Source: Hemiscyllium ocellatum
Lineage: Eukaryota
Direction: 5' to 3'
DNA: 64,000 nt
NCBI RefSeq assembly: GCF_020745735.1
Contig: NC_083410.1
Coordinates: 3,632,117 to 3,696,116 of the forward strand
Part shown: one piece after another, positions 1 to 12,000 of the stretch
Position numbering within the stretch: the stretch's first letter is position 1
Layout: every line of letters begins with the position of its first letter
Translations under genes and position numbers: made by a program
Notes under the pieces: generated by a model
The model's database searches: none
What the model was told of the DNA's origin: nothing
The model's input: only the letters and a program-made list of their open reading frames with translations

Positions 1-132
1 CTATAATAGAAATCAGATTCAAAACAGTCCTGGATCTCCAGCTCCAAAGCACAAACATTCAATCACCTACAAACAAATGTACATTCAAACCGAATCACAA
101 CGTGTTAAACTTTCTATTAGCTGTACAGCTCT

Positions 133-134
133 TT

Positions 135-169
<35 letters not shown>

Positions 170-183
170 ATATCTCACACACA
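133..183. repeat. (CT)n(CA)n microsatellite
   Basis: Run ctctctctctctctc followed by acacacacac... read directly. Confidence 0.9.
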
Positions 184-309
184 CTTTCTGAGCTTCTCAC
201 AACAACTCCTCTAGAGGCATCTTGCTCCATCCCTCTATCTTTTGAATATTTTTCTGGTTGTCTGGCCATGATTTAGTTACAAAGTGTACCCTCAATAGCC
301 CTTCAGCTA

Positions 310-644
310 CTAGCCCTTCTGACACAAAGCATAATCTGATTCCTCCTTACTCAAAGGCTATTGTCCGTTGACATATAACTTCAAATATTTACAAACCCAG
401 TCTTCGTCCGACCAGTACTTTGGCCAGATGATGGCAGGATGAAGAATGGATTCCTTAGTCCGTACAAAGCAACAATATTTAATCATCTTTTTCCTATCTT
501 TTTTTCCCTTGTACAAATATTATTTTTCCAATTCCACAACATCCTGCCTAACGGACTTTCTGGAGGTATGTTGTCAGGGCCCCTGCCTCCATTTCCATTC
601 CCTTTTTCCTCGGAGGCTTTTTCTTAATCCTTGGCACAGCCCAT
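310..644 (-). mobile_element. Class I endogenous retrovirus gag N-terminus (matrix), disrupted
   Basis: Minus-strand translation from ATG at 644: MGCAKD*EKASEEKGNGNGGRGPDNIPPESPLGRMLWNWKNN..., then after a frameshift KKMIKYCCFVRTKESILHPAIIWPKYWSDEDWVC...EESDYALC. It has an MG start and IPPxSPLG / MIKYCCF / WPK motifs that I recognise from HERV-I/HERV-IP-type gag. It lies downstream of a tRNA-Pro-like PBS and an LTR. Confidence 0.75.
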
Positions 645-966
645 ATTGAGTTCCTTCGTTAGTCCCTTGTTAACTGCTAGAACTCAATCCCAGCCACCAA
701 GGCAGTACTTAAAAGTCAGTTTTCTTACCTTGGCCCGTGCACAGAGTTGCCTGGCTCAACGTCTCCCTGTGCCTACCATTCAAATATTACCACTTAACTC
801 TTTCCTGATTCAGAATGACTCCCTGGGGATTCTGGTCAGTCCACCAGAAGAGGCACCCACCATCGAAAAAAAAAGGACTGTTTTAAAAGGGATTGGAACG
901 CGTCTTCCCAGCCGTCAATGGTGCCTACTCCGCTGTTGATGACAGGATCCCGGATGAGACCAAAAT

Positions 967-1357
967 TGTGAGAAACGAATAATTTCAGTCTGAGTCAAGT
1001 TCTGAAGCAATCTTTATTCATACGGTCTTGCAAGCTGGGTGACCACAAAGTAGACATCCCGATCAGGAGGTTACATTACGATTTATACAGTTCAGTTGAG
1101 TCTCTCGATACTCCCCTTTTACTTTATATCTAATAGTTGTATTGCTCTGTGCAGCTGCTAATCTAATCAGCTTACTACATCTGTCTGTGGACTGTTGTTG
1201 GTGTGCAACCAACCCCCCTTTGATAGCTGGGTCTTATTACTTTTGCTGGTGCAACACTGGGTCTTATTTGGTTACCTTGTTCATACTAACTTCCTACATG
1301 CATGGCAATTACAACTGTTTCTACCAGGGACCAGACTTAAATTATTTGTTTCTCACA
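967..1357 (-). mobile_element. ERV LTR (391 bp) with PBS at 947-963
   Basis: Begins TGTGAGAAAC and ends GTTTCTCACA with about 26-bp terminal inverted repeats. Minus strand has TATAAA then AATAAA, followed by TTGGTCTCATCCGGGAT (tRNA-Pro PBS consensus TGGGGGCTCGTCCGGGAT). Confidence 0.7.
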
Positions 1358-1789
1358 ATTTGGGGCTCATCCAGGATCCTGTCATCAACGGCAGAGTAGG
1401 CACCGTCGATGGTTGGGAAGACGAGTCCCGTTCCCTTTTAGAATGGTCCTTTCTTTTCAATGGCGGGTGCCTCTCCCTTTTCGGTTGGTTATTTCTTGGT
1501 GTATACCCTCATGATTCCGCCTTGCGATTTTTGCAGAAGCAAGATACAGATACTTGTAACTATTTGTGCAAGCATATCTAGCTTTACGTACTTCCCCCCC
1601 GCCTCCCCCCCACCATGACTCAGCCTTGTGATTTTTGCAGAAACAACAATCTTTGCAAGGGCCTGTCACACTCCTTAACCAACTTCTGATCAGCTTGTGA
1701 ACTCTGCAGCTTTCTAGCTTCTGCTGTGCTTTCTGTTACTATGCCAACAAAATTTACAGCTTATCCTGCTTTTGCACACCTGGCTTCCT

Positions 1790-3211
1790 TGTGCTTTTCC
1801 TAGCCCACCAACACTGTGTTTTCATGTGGCCTATGTTATTACAATGAAAATATCGGAGCTTTTTGCCCCTTCAAGGGTTTCCATTTTACCTTGTTGTATG
1901 ATCCCTATGATCTGCACTGAGATCTCTCTTTCCATTTCCACCTGAGGATTTCTCTTTTCTCCAACTTCTATCTGTCACAGAGCGAAGTTGATTCAGGAAG
2001 CCAAACCATGGTTTATGGACCAACTCATAGTCAGCAGCACATCAGTTGCTAACCTTGCTGTATTAACACTCTGCTCTTCCACATTAAGCTTACCTTCAGC
2101 CTTCATCTCCATCTCTTTATGCTGAATTCCTTTTTTTGGTGTCAATTTCTAAAATTCAAACTCTCTCTCTTTTTCTTTCTCTTCTGCTAGAGCCCTTCAT
2201 TCTCTTTCGATTTTAATTGTAACTGTTTCATTTCTGCTGCCCTTTCCTTCTCGCTCACATCTAACTCAAGCTCTTCATTTACAATTGAATTCTTGTCATC
2301 TCAACAGATCCTGCTGATGTTTCCGCAACTTTAAAAGCTGAGCCACTGCTGAAGTCATTGCATCTTTCCTCACATTAGGAGGTAAATTCAACCCCAGCTT
2401 GTCTATTACTTCCCGCAGTTTGGTCTTATTTACTTTTGGTAAAACCCCCACTTCTTCCACTTCCAGGTACCCCATGGTGATTGAAACAGCCATTGCTATC
2501 TTAGCTATGTTTAAACCAACCAAATCAATGCCTGAAATAAAAGACACTAACACATACCACTTGCCATTGAAATCCCAGAAAGGGTCTCCAATCTGCTATG
2601 GATTAGGCGAAACGCCTCAAGACATTTTTGAGCAGGTAGCCCAGACAGTAACTTTGCTATTTGTTTAGCTAGGCGTATTGTGGATATTTCCAGTGTAAAT
2701 TAGCTGGGCCATCTGCCAGGTTTGAAACAAACAAGATTTATTTACAAAATTATGGAATGAAACATAAAGAACAGAAAATAGAATACCGCCTAACATCCTA
2801 TCCAAACCTAACTTAATTATGCTGTTCCCAAAATACATGCAACAGTCCTAATAAACAAATCCCTTAAACACAGAGCAGAAATGAAACATAGGCCTACAGG
2901 TCAAAGTTAGAATGGCAGAAGGAGAGCGCGAAGTTCGAGTCTCAACTGTGACTGACTCCAACAACCTTTCTTCACATGTACAACTGCTGAACTGAACTAA
3001 GAACCTCAGCTGCCAGGACTGGCCACTCCCCCTTCAATATACAAACAATTTCTAAAACATGAAAGCCTTTGGCCTGAGGTTTCATCTGTTTAAGAGTAAA
3101 CAACAAGGGCCTCAGTAAACTATTCAACTCTGCACCAGCCCATTCGTTTCAGAGCCTGAGCTGTTGTATGGCCCCTCTGAAAAAAATCAAGGGCATAGTA
3201 ACCTTGTAACA
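1790..3211 (-). mobile_element. Ty3/Gypsy (Gmr1-like) remnant: LTR 2594-3211 plus decayed gag
   Basis: Minus-strand zinc knuckle FHCNNIGHMKTQCW near 1800-1850. ORF 2296..2553 and the LTR are similar to the element at 21176-23224; the LTR has TG...CA ends. Confidence 0.7.
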
Positions 3212-4140
3212 GAACCAGTATTGTGATACTAAAAGAATTAAAGTTGAAACCTTTGGGTTTTTAACTGGCCAGTTGATACTGCAAATTATTTGATCAATAT
3301 TTATCAATTGCCAGCAACTTTATACCTGATCCTTTTAAGAGCTTGAAGTCTTAACAGGGTTAACAATTACTTTCCAAATATCATTTTCTCATTGCCACCA
3401 GAATGCACACAGTAACATAGCCCTAAAGGAGAACTGAGGAGTGTCCTGATTTCCAATGCACTCCTGCCCAGCATCTTATTCTCATTATCATTTCACTGAT
3501 GGAAAATTAGTGAGCAATTTAATTCTCATATTTTCTATCCTGTTCCTGGAAAGATTCAAATTTACTCCAATCAAATTTCAACCACCACACTTGAGAAAGA
3601 AGAGTCACATCCAGAGGTCAGGCGGGAGCTGAACACATCGGACATTTCCCACAGTGGCAGCGGCATGGAGCCATGGAGCAACGACAGCAGGGAATGCATG
3701 GACCAGGCTGGGATCCAGAGCGACAGCCAGACTGAGTCCCAGAGCAATGGTTGACCGAGGCCCAGAGTGAAAGCCAGGCCGAGTCCTGGAGAGAGGACCA
3801 GACCCAGATGAATGAATATCTTTGTTAGATGAACAGAAAACTTTCCTTGATGCTGCTGAGTGTTTGAGTCAGGACAATTGGTGGAATTGGATCTGGTTCC
3901 ACATGCAGAGCTACTGCTGTTTCTTTACTGGACTGCAATATCTATCCTCTTCATAATATTGTACTCCCTCATTTTTATTCATTCTATGCAATGTTTCTGC
4001 TTCCCTTCAAATTCTCTCTGTGTAGAAACAGATTTTTTTTACTCTGTAAGATCTGTGCTGAGGTGCTTGTACCTAAGATGGCACTAGTAAAAGGCAGTAA
4101 TTGTAAAATCTTTTCACTGCACTCCCTGTACTTCTGTATT

Positions 4141-4360
4141 CATGATTTGGATGTGCCAGTGTTGAACTGGGGTGTGCAAAGTTAAAAATCACACAACACT
4201 AGGTTATAGTCCAACAGGTTTCATTGGAAGCACACTCGCTTTCAGAGCGTCGCTCCTTCATCAGGTGTTAGTGATGAAGGAGCGACGCTCCGAAAGCTAG
4301 TGTGCTTCCAATTAAACCTGTTGGACTATAGCCTGGTGTTGTGTGATTTTTAACTTTGTA
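4141..4360. mobile_element. Palindromic Penelope-derived mini-element (family B), hammerhead cores degenerate
   Basis: Inverted arms aaaaatcacacaacac...ttcatca / tgatgaa...gtgttgtgtgattttt around ggtgttag. Same family as 33826-34030 and 20620-20730. Confidence 0.8.
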
Positions 4361-4382
4361 CTTCTGTATTGAAGTGCATGTG

Positions 4383-4830
4383 ACAATAAAGTATATTCTA
4401 TTCTATTTCCTCTAGCAGGTCATTCGACACAAGAACCACTCAGTGTAAAAATAGTTGCCCCTCATGGCCTTTTTAAATCTTTCTTCTCTCACCTTAAAAA
4501 CAGTCCTCCTAGTTTCGAACAGCCCATCCTTGGGAAAACATCTGTACTATTCACCTTATCTATGAATCTCATGATTTTATAAACCTCTATCATCACCCTT
4601 CAACTTCCAGTGCTGCAGTGGAAAAAGTTTCAGCCTATTTTTATGAGTCAAATTCCCCCATTCCTTCCAAGATCCTGAAAATGGTTTCAGAATCCTTGCA
4701 AATTTAATAACATCCTTCCTATAGCAGGGTGACCATAACTACACAACACTCCAGAAGAGGCCCAATTTGTGGATTGGAACGGGATTAAGCTGTTTATTGT
4801 AGACAGGATGGTAGCATGGGAAGTGTAGGA
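4383..4830 (-). mobile_element. CR1 LINE 3' fragment, decayed
   Basis: Reverse complement resembles the 3' RT/UTR part of the CR1 copies at 23300-24140 and 55668-57060. Confidence 0.55.
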
Positions 4831-5939
4831 GATGCAACATGTCGATGACTGATCTTGGAGTAATGACCAGTTTTCAGTGACAAAGACTTTATGCCCGCCA
4901 ACAACTATGTCATTTCTATTACTACACCTGATGAAGAAGCAGCACTCCAAAAACTTGGGATTTCAAATAAACTTATTGGCGTATAGTCTACTGTGGTGTG
5001 ACTTCTGACTATGTCCACCTCAGTCCAACACCGGCATTTCCACATCATTGCTGGATAAACAGTTTGTGAGTTTGAATGATTATAGCCAGAGCTATCGATC
5101 TCTGAAATTTGAGGTAAAATCCTGCTCTCTACAATAAAAGCTTACTAATGCCCAAAGAAAGCCAGTTTATTTTCCCTTCCCAGTTGCTGCAAGCTGTTGA
5201 TTTTAATCAGAATTTGTATCCAGTCATTCTGTGCTTCCTACAAGGAAGTGGAAAACACTTGAAGAGAAAGTGGGATATTAACAAAAAATAAATCCTGATC
5301 ATCAAAATGATCATCTCAATGAATCCTCTAGATAGGGACCATTCAACTGATTTGAACAAATTCCTTAATTGTAAAGTTATAACATAGAAAGCTGTATGTC
5401 ACATTGAGTTTCTTTTCTTTATCAAATGTAAAAATGCCATTTTTAAAACTACTATTACATCCTTGACACTGTTACATCAATTCCACATTGTGCCCTCCCA
5501 GCCTGTTCTCTTCAAGTCCTTTGTTTTCTCTCAAATATTACCGTTTTCTCAAAAACATTAATCTTCAACATCATAAGCTTACATGCAGAATAACATAACT
5601 TACAATGCAAAGACCATTCAGTTCATCAAGCTTGCACTGTTATGCAATAATTATCCCATAGTAGAATCTTTCAAGGAGTATTACAAGATACAGTTGAGTA
5701 AAGGGTACATTCAGCCAGCTAACTGAAAATATAATGGTCTGTAAAATAAATCACCATTAACAATGATAGGAAATCATTCTGGATCAGAATATCATGGAAT
5801 GAAACTCACAGGTAAAGGAAACATTTTGAATTCATTAGAACACATTGCTTCTTCATGTTCCATTACAGGAATTCTCATCCACAGGAAGCAATTGGGACCA
5901 AAACATTGAATTGCATATTTCCTTTAAAATACCAGAAGA

Positions 5940-8330
5940 ATCTCTTTGGAATCACCCTAACCTTCTCAGTCAAGGCTATCTCATAACCCCTTTGTGCCCT
6001 CCTGATATCCTTCTTCAGTAAATTCCTGTATTCCTGATATACCACCAGGGATTCCCTCGAGCCCAGCTGCCTATACCTGAGCCATGTGTCCTTATTTTTC
6101 TAGTCAAAACTTCAATATCTCTTGTCATCCAGGGTTCTCTGTTCCTGCCAACCTTGCTTTCACCTCACAGGAACATATAGACCTTGAACTCTAGCTATTT
6201 CACTTGTCCCAAAGTGCTCTCCCACTCTCACCTTAGTCACCTGCCCTTCTCTATTTCCCAAGAGTATGTTGAATTTTGCCCCTTCCTGAGTTGGACCCTT
6301 GAAATACTTCTTCAGGATAATTTCCTGAATGCATTTAACAAATTCCACCCCATCCAGTGGTGATACAGTGGTTCAGTGGTTAGCACTTCTGCCTAATAGT
6401 GTTAGGAACCAGGGTTTGATTCTATCTTTGAGTGTCTGTCTGTGTGGAATTTACATTTTCTCCCCATTTCCTCTGGGTGCTCCAGTTTCCTCCTGCATTC
6501 CAAAGATGTGTAGGTTAGGTGAATTGGCCATGATAAATTGCCCATAGCATTCAGGGATGTGCATGTTAGGTGCATTAGTCAGGGGTAAATGTAGAGTAAT
6601 AGTGTAGATAATGGGTCTAGGTGGGTTACCCTTTGGAGGATGTGTGTGAACTTATTGGGCTGCAAGGCCTGTTCCACACTGTCAGGATTCTAATCATTAA
6701 TGCTATGGCAGTTCCAGTCTATGTTAGGAAGTTTGAAAATCCCTACTATGACAACCCTATTGCTCCTGGGAGTCTCCCCAGTCTCTCGCCTATGTGTTCC
6801 TCAAATTCCTGTTACAACATCACCATCCCCTTCCTATTTCTTAACTCCACCCACAAATCCTCCCTGGATGACGCTTCAGTTGTTTCATCTCTGAATACTA
6901 CAGTGATACTCACTTTAATCATAAATGCAACTCCCCCTCCCCTCTTTCTACCACCTCTGTTCCACCTAAACCACTTGTACCTTGGCGCATTAAGCTGTTA
7001 GTCCTGTCCCTCCTTTAGCCATGTTTCTGTTATGGCTGTAATATCCCAGTCCCACATACCTATCCACACCCTGAGTTCATCGGCCTTACCTGTCAGCTAT
7101 CTTGCATTGAAATAGATGCAATTTAATCCAACAGGCATTCCTTGCTCCTTTTCATGTTCCAGTTTAACCTGTATCTTCACTTTCCTATTTCTAATTGCAG
7201 TATCTCCTTCCAGCCTCGCACCTTCCTCCCTGCAGTTGAAGATCCCAACCCACTGCCAATCTTGTTTAAACCCTCTCCTGTAGCAAACCTGGGTGCCAAA
7301 TATTGGTCCCGTTCCAGTTCAGGTGCAGCTTGTCCCTCTTGAACAGATCACCTCTGCCCCAGAATACATTCCAATGATCTAAAAATGTGAATCCCTGTGC
7401 CTCCTGCGTCAATTCTTTAGCCACACATTCATCTGCCATATTCTTCTGTTCCTACCCTCACCAGCACGAGGCACTTGAAGTAATCCAAAGATTACCACCT
7501 TGCACAGTGGCAGTAAGACCTCTACATCCTTACACTCCAACGCCTTTGAAATAAGTGCTGACCTTCCATTAGCATTCCTGAGTACCTGATGCCTTTGTAT
7601 ATTTGCCTTCTGTGTCCCATTCACTTGCTCCCCCTACCCCAAGTCCCTTTTTCTTGCAGATTTCTGCAATTTTTCTCCATTAAAATAATATTCTGTTCTT
7701 TTGTTCTTTTCAAAATGAACAACTTTGCACTTTTGCACATTATACTCCATTTGCCAGCTTTTTGCCTGCCCACACAACCTACCAATATCTTTCTGAAAAC
7801 TTTGTATCCCCTGTGCAACCTGCCTTTCTATCTCTTTTCATGTCACCTGCAAATGTGGCTACAGTACATTAATTTCCTTCCTTCATGTCGCTGACATAAA
7901 TATACATATATACAGTTATAGTAAACAGTTATAGTCGAAGCACTGATTCCTGTGGAACTCCACTGGTCATAGTTTGCCATCCTGAAAAGAATCTCTTTGA
8001 ACCTCTCGCTCTTTCCGACCCTTGAGCCAATTCTCTGCATTCCATACCATGCCCCCCACACAGTGAGCACTTATCTTTTGACTTAACCGTTTGAAAGATA
8101 GCTTGTCAAACACCTTCTGGAAGTCTAAATATGACATATCTATTATACAGCTACACACCCCTCTATGCACTCTGGTTGAGACTTCCTTGAAAAACTCTCC
8201 TTAAATTAGTCAAATACTATTTCGCTTTCATGAAGCCATGTTGACTTTGCTTGATTACATGATGATTTTCCAAGCTACTTCTTTAATAATTGATTCGAAC
8301 CCTTTTCCGACAATAGGAATTAGCCTTTAC
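5940..8330 (-). mobile_element. CR1 LINE ORF2 fragments (APE endonuclease to RT), decayed
   Basis: ORF 6160..6348(-) EFVKCIQE...GPTQEGAKFNILLGN matches the CR1 APE C-terminus. ORF 7967..8170(-) YLDFQKVFDKL matches CR1 RT. Confidence 0.75.
6356..6690 (+). mobile_element. HE1-type tRNA-derived SINE, diverged
   Basis: cagtggttagcacttctgcc head; ccaaagatgtgtaggttaggtgaattggccatg core; ggcctgttccacactgt tail. Confidence 0.75.
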
Positions 8331-8990
8331 TTATTCTTGTTTTGCCTCCCTCTTTTTCAATTAGGTGTGTCACATTGAGAGCTTTCCAATCCTCTGGTAC
8401 TTCTCCAGAATCCAAGGATTCTTGGAAAATTACAACCAATGAATCCACTGTCTTTGTAGCTCCCACTTTTAGGATCCAAGAATGCAAGCCATCAGGGCCA
8501 AGGGACTGATCTACCTTTAGCCCCATTACTTTGTCTGACATGATTGCTTCAGTGACAATGATGGAACCTACTCCTTGCCCAATATTTTTTAGTTTTATTG
8601 ACATGTTCAAAGTATCTTGCACCATAAATACCAAACCAGTGTATTTCCATAAATGTCTTGACCAATCAACAAGGTTGCAGCAAATGTGTGAATTCTCAAT
8701 GTTTAAGTGACTGAGTGTGAGGAACTTTTGCACTGAATAAGTAAATAGTATCACTGCTGAAGTAAAACTTGCTGGATCACATTCAGAAAATCTAGCCAGT
8801 AATATCCTCCCTCAGAAGAGGGCAACCATTGGTTTATTGTCCTGCTTCCCTTTACTGACACTTTAACTTCTCTACCTCCTGAGAGACGAGACATTAAAGA
8901 AGCTGCAGTTGACTGGGACACTTTGTGTTTCGATGAATTAACTGGACGTACAATAAACTGTGTGGATAACAACGTTGCTGATCTGTTGAG

Positions 8991-9042
8991 ATGATCAGTG
9001 GAACTTTATTTGCTGTGACCCTGTCCCTCTGTGTTGCTTTTG
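8991..9042 (+). CDS. Signal peptide (leader) exon
   Basis: [17 protein letters not shown]+G, hydrophobic, followed by GTAAGT at 9043 (phase 1) and an 83-bp intron ending tttgaag. Confidence 0.9.
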
Positions 9043-12000
9043 GTAAGTATTTGCTTTCGAGAAGTTTAATTTGTTTAGAACAATCAGACTGCTGTTTGTT
9101 TATTAATTTTTTTTATATTTTGAAGGAGCAGATCCCCCAGTCCTTCTCCAGTCTCCGACCCTGGAACGTGTCACCGAGGGTCACAGTGTCCGGTTACTGT
9201 GCACCGTGAAGAACACCCCAGTGACACACACCGATGTTCACTGGTACCGGGAACAACCAGGAAGAAGGAGGGAGTGGATTTTGGTCCATTACTCATGGAA
9301 TTTTGTCCGATGGTACTCAGGTTACTACACATGGAATTCCATGCAATGGTATTTCGGTTTCAAAAAGCGTTTCCAGTCTTCCAGAAACTCCTCCAGTAAT
9401 AGCTTCATTCTGACTATTGAAAACGTGCAGCCCTATGACACTGGGGTCTATTATTGCTCAGTCTGGCGAAGTATCAGTGGTGAAGGAAGCCGACTCATTG
9501 TAAATAGTAAGTAGAGGTTACATGACAATCTCCTCCAGTAATAACCTCTGGTCTGTGAATACATTGGAGATTGAGATCAAGAAATTTGAGGAGGCGATGA
9601 ATGCTTGTCTTTTTAAAATCTTTCTCCTCCTCTTAATGTGCCTTGAAATCTCCCAGCCTTTGGAAAACTCACATGCCATTCACCTTATATAGAGCGCTCA
9701 TAATTTTATAAACCTCAAAAAGGTCACCCTCGCCACTCCTACACTCCAGTGAGAAAAGCCTCAGCCTATCCAACCTCTCCCCTTAATCCAAACCCTCCAT
9801 TCCCAGCAATGGTCTGGTAATTCACTTCCAAATGCCCTCCAACTTAATAATATTGCCCCTGGAACAGATCAACCAGAACTGGACACAATACTCCAGAAGA
9901 GGCCAAACCAACACCCAGTAAAACTTCAGCATGACGTCCCAACTTCTGTATTCAAAAGCCTGAGCAATAAAGTGAGCACGCTAAATGCTTTCTTAATCAT
10001 CTTATTGACATGTGATTTAAACTTTAAAAAAAATTGTACCTGAATTCCTTCATCTTTTTGATCTACAACACTACCCAAGACCTGCTTTTAATTGCAAAGT
10101 CCTAGCTTTATTTGTATTTATCCTTAACCCATTGACCTCATTGATCAAGATCTCTTTGTATTCTTGGATGTCCTTTTTCATTGTCCAACATACCACAATC
10201 TTGATGTAATCCAAAAATGTACAGATCTTGCCTTCTATATTCTCATCTAACTAATTTCAACAAATGACAGAAAAACACGGACACAGCACTGATCTTTGTG
10301 GCACACTGCTGGTAACAGGCCTCCAATCTAAGAAACAATGCTCCACCATCACTCTCTGCCATTAAGCCAATTTTGTATCCAATTGGCAAGTTCACATGGA
10401 ATCCCATGTGCTATAACTTTGTTTATTACGTCCACGTAAACAATGTCTGCACCTCTGCCCTCGTCAATCTTCTTGGTTGCTTCCTCAAATACCTCAGTCA
10501 AGTGTGAAATATGGTTTCCCTTTTGAGTAAATGCAGTCCATGGATGGAATATTGGCTTCCCTGGTGGTCTGAATTATGCATACAACATACTGTAGTTTCT
10601 ATGGTCCTGGGCAGAGCAGCTGCTGTATCAAGATGTTATGCACCCGGACAATATGTTTTTTCTGGTTCACCAGTAAACTGGTGACAGTGCTTGTGGCTAT
10701 GCCAAATTTCCTAAGCCACCTGAGGAAGAAGAGGCATTGAGTCTTCTTGACCATTACAGTCTAAGACACGCTGTTGGTTATTGTCACTCTTAGGAACTTG
10801 ACACTCTCCACCCTCTCAACCTCAGTTCCATTGATATAGATGGGGACATGTTTTCCTTCCTCCTTTCTGAAGTCAGTGATCAGTTCTTTAGTTTTGCCAA
10901 CTTTGAGAGAGAAATTGTTTTCTTTGTACCACATCACCAAGACCTCTATCTCCTTCCTGTATTCTGACTCTTCGTTGTTAGATATCCATCCATTAGATGT
11001 GATGGGTTGAAGTGTGTCTATTTTAACACAAGAAGTGTCAGGAATAAGAGTGATGAATTTAGAGCGTGGATCAGTTTTTGGAGCGACAATGTTGTGGCCA
11101 TTATGTAGATTTGGATATCACAAGTGTAGGAATGGTGGTTGGGTGTTCTGGGGTTTAGATGTTTCATACAGAATAGGGACGGAGGTAAAAGAGGTGGTGA
11201 AGCGGCATAACTAATCAGGGATAGTATCACAGCTGCAGAATGGGAGGTTGTCGAGGAGGGTTTCTCTACTGAGTCATTATGGGTGGAAATCAGAAACAGG
11301 AAAGGAGCAGTCACTGTATTGGGAGTTTTCTGTAGACTCCCCAATAGCAACAGAGACATGGAGGAGCAGATTGGGAGGCAGTTTTTGGAATGGTGCTGAA
11401 ATAACAGAGTTGTTGTCATTGGTGACTTCAACTTCCCTAATATTGATTGGAATCTCCTTAGTGCAAATAGATTGATTTGACTAGATTCCCTAGAGTGTGG
11501 AAACAGGCCCTATCAATCCACATCACCCCTCCGAGGAGCAACCCACCCAGATCCATTTCCCCTCTGACTAATGCACCTAATACTATGGGAAATTTAGCAT
11601 GGCCAATTCACCTGCGCTGCACATCTTTGGATTGTGGGACAAAACCAGAGCAAACCCATGTAGAATATACAAACTCCACACAGACAGTCACCCAAGGCTG
11701 GAATCGAACCTGGGACCCTGAGGCAGCAGTGCTCACCACTGAGCCATCGTGCCACCCTAAATGGATGCAGCAGAATTTGTCAGGTGTGTCTAGGAAGGAT
11801 TCTTGACTCAATATATAGATAGTAAAAAATGAGGTCTGCAGATGCTGGAGATCACAGCTGCAAATGTGTTGCTGGTCAAAGCACAGCAGGCCAGGCAGCA
11901 TCTCAGGAATAGAGAATTCGACGTTTCGAGCATAAGCCCTTCATCAGGAATAAAAAGAAAGGCCATATTGGATTTGGTGCTTGGCAACAAACCAGATCAG

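Noticed and set aside
8700-8990. Ig-type promoter (octamer/TATA) upstream of the leader
   Set aside because: No ATGCAAAT/ATTTGCAT or clear TATA is present. A GAGGAA (ETS-like) and an E-box-like hexamer occur but are too short to call.
9182-9220. CACAGTG heptamer in V1 as a possible RSS
   Set aside because: It lies inside the coding exon (Gly-His-Ser-Val), and there is no nonamer-like sequence at 12 or 23 bp spacing.
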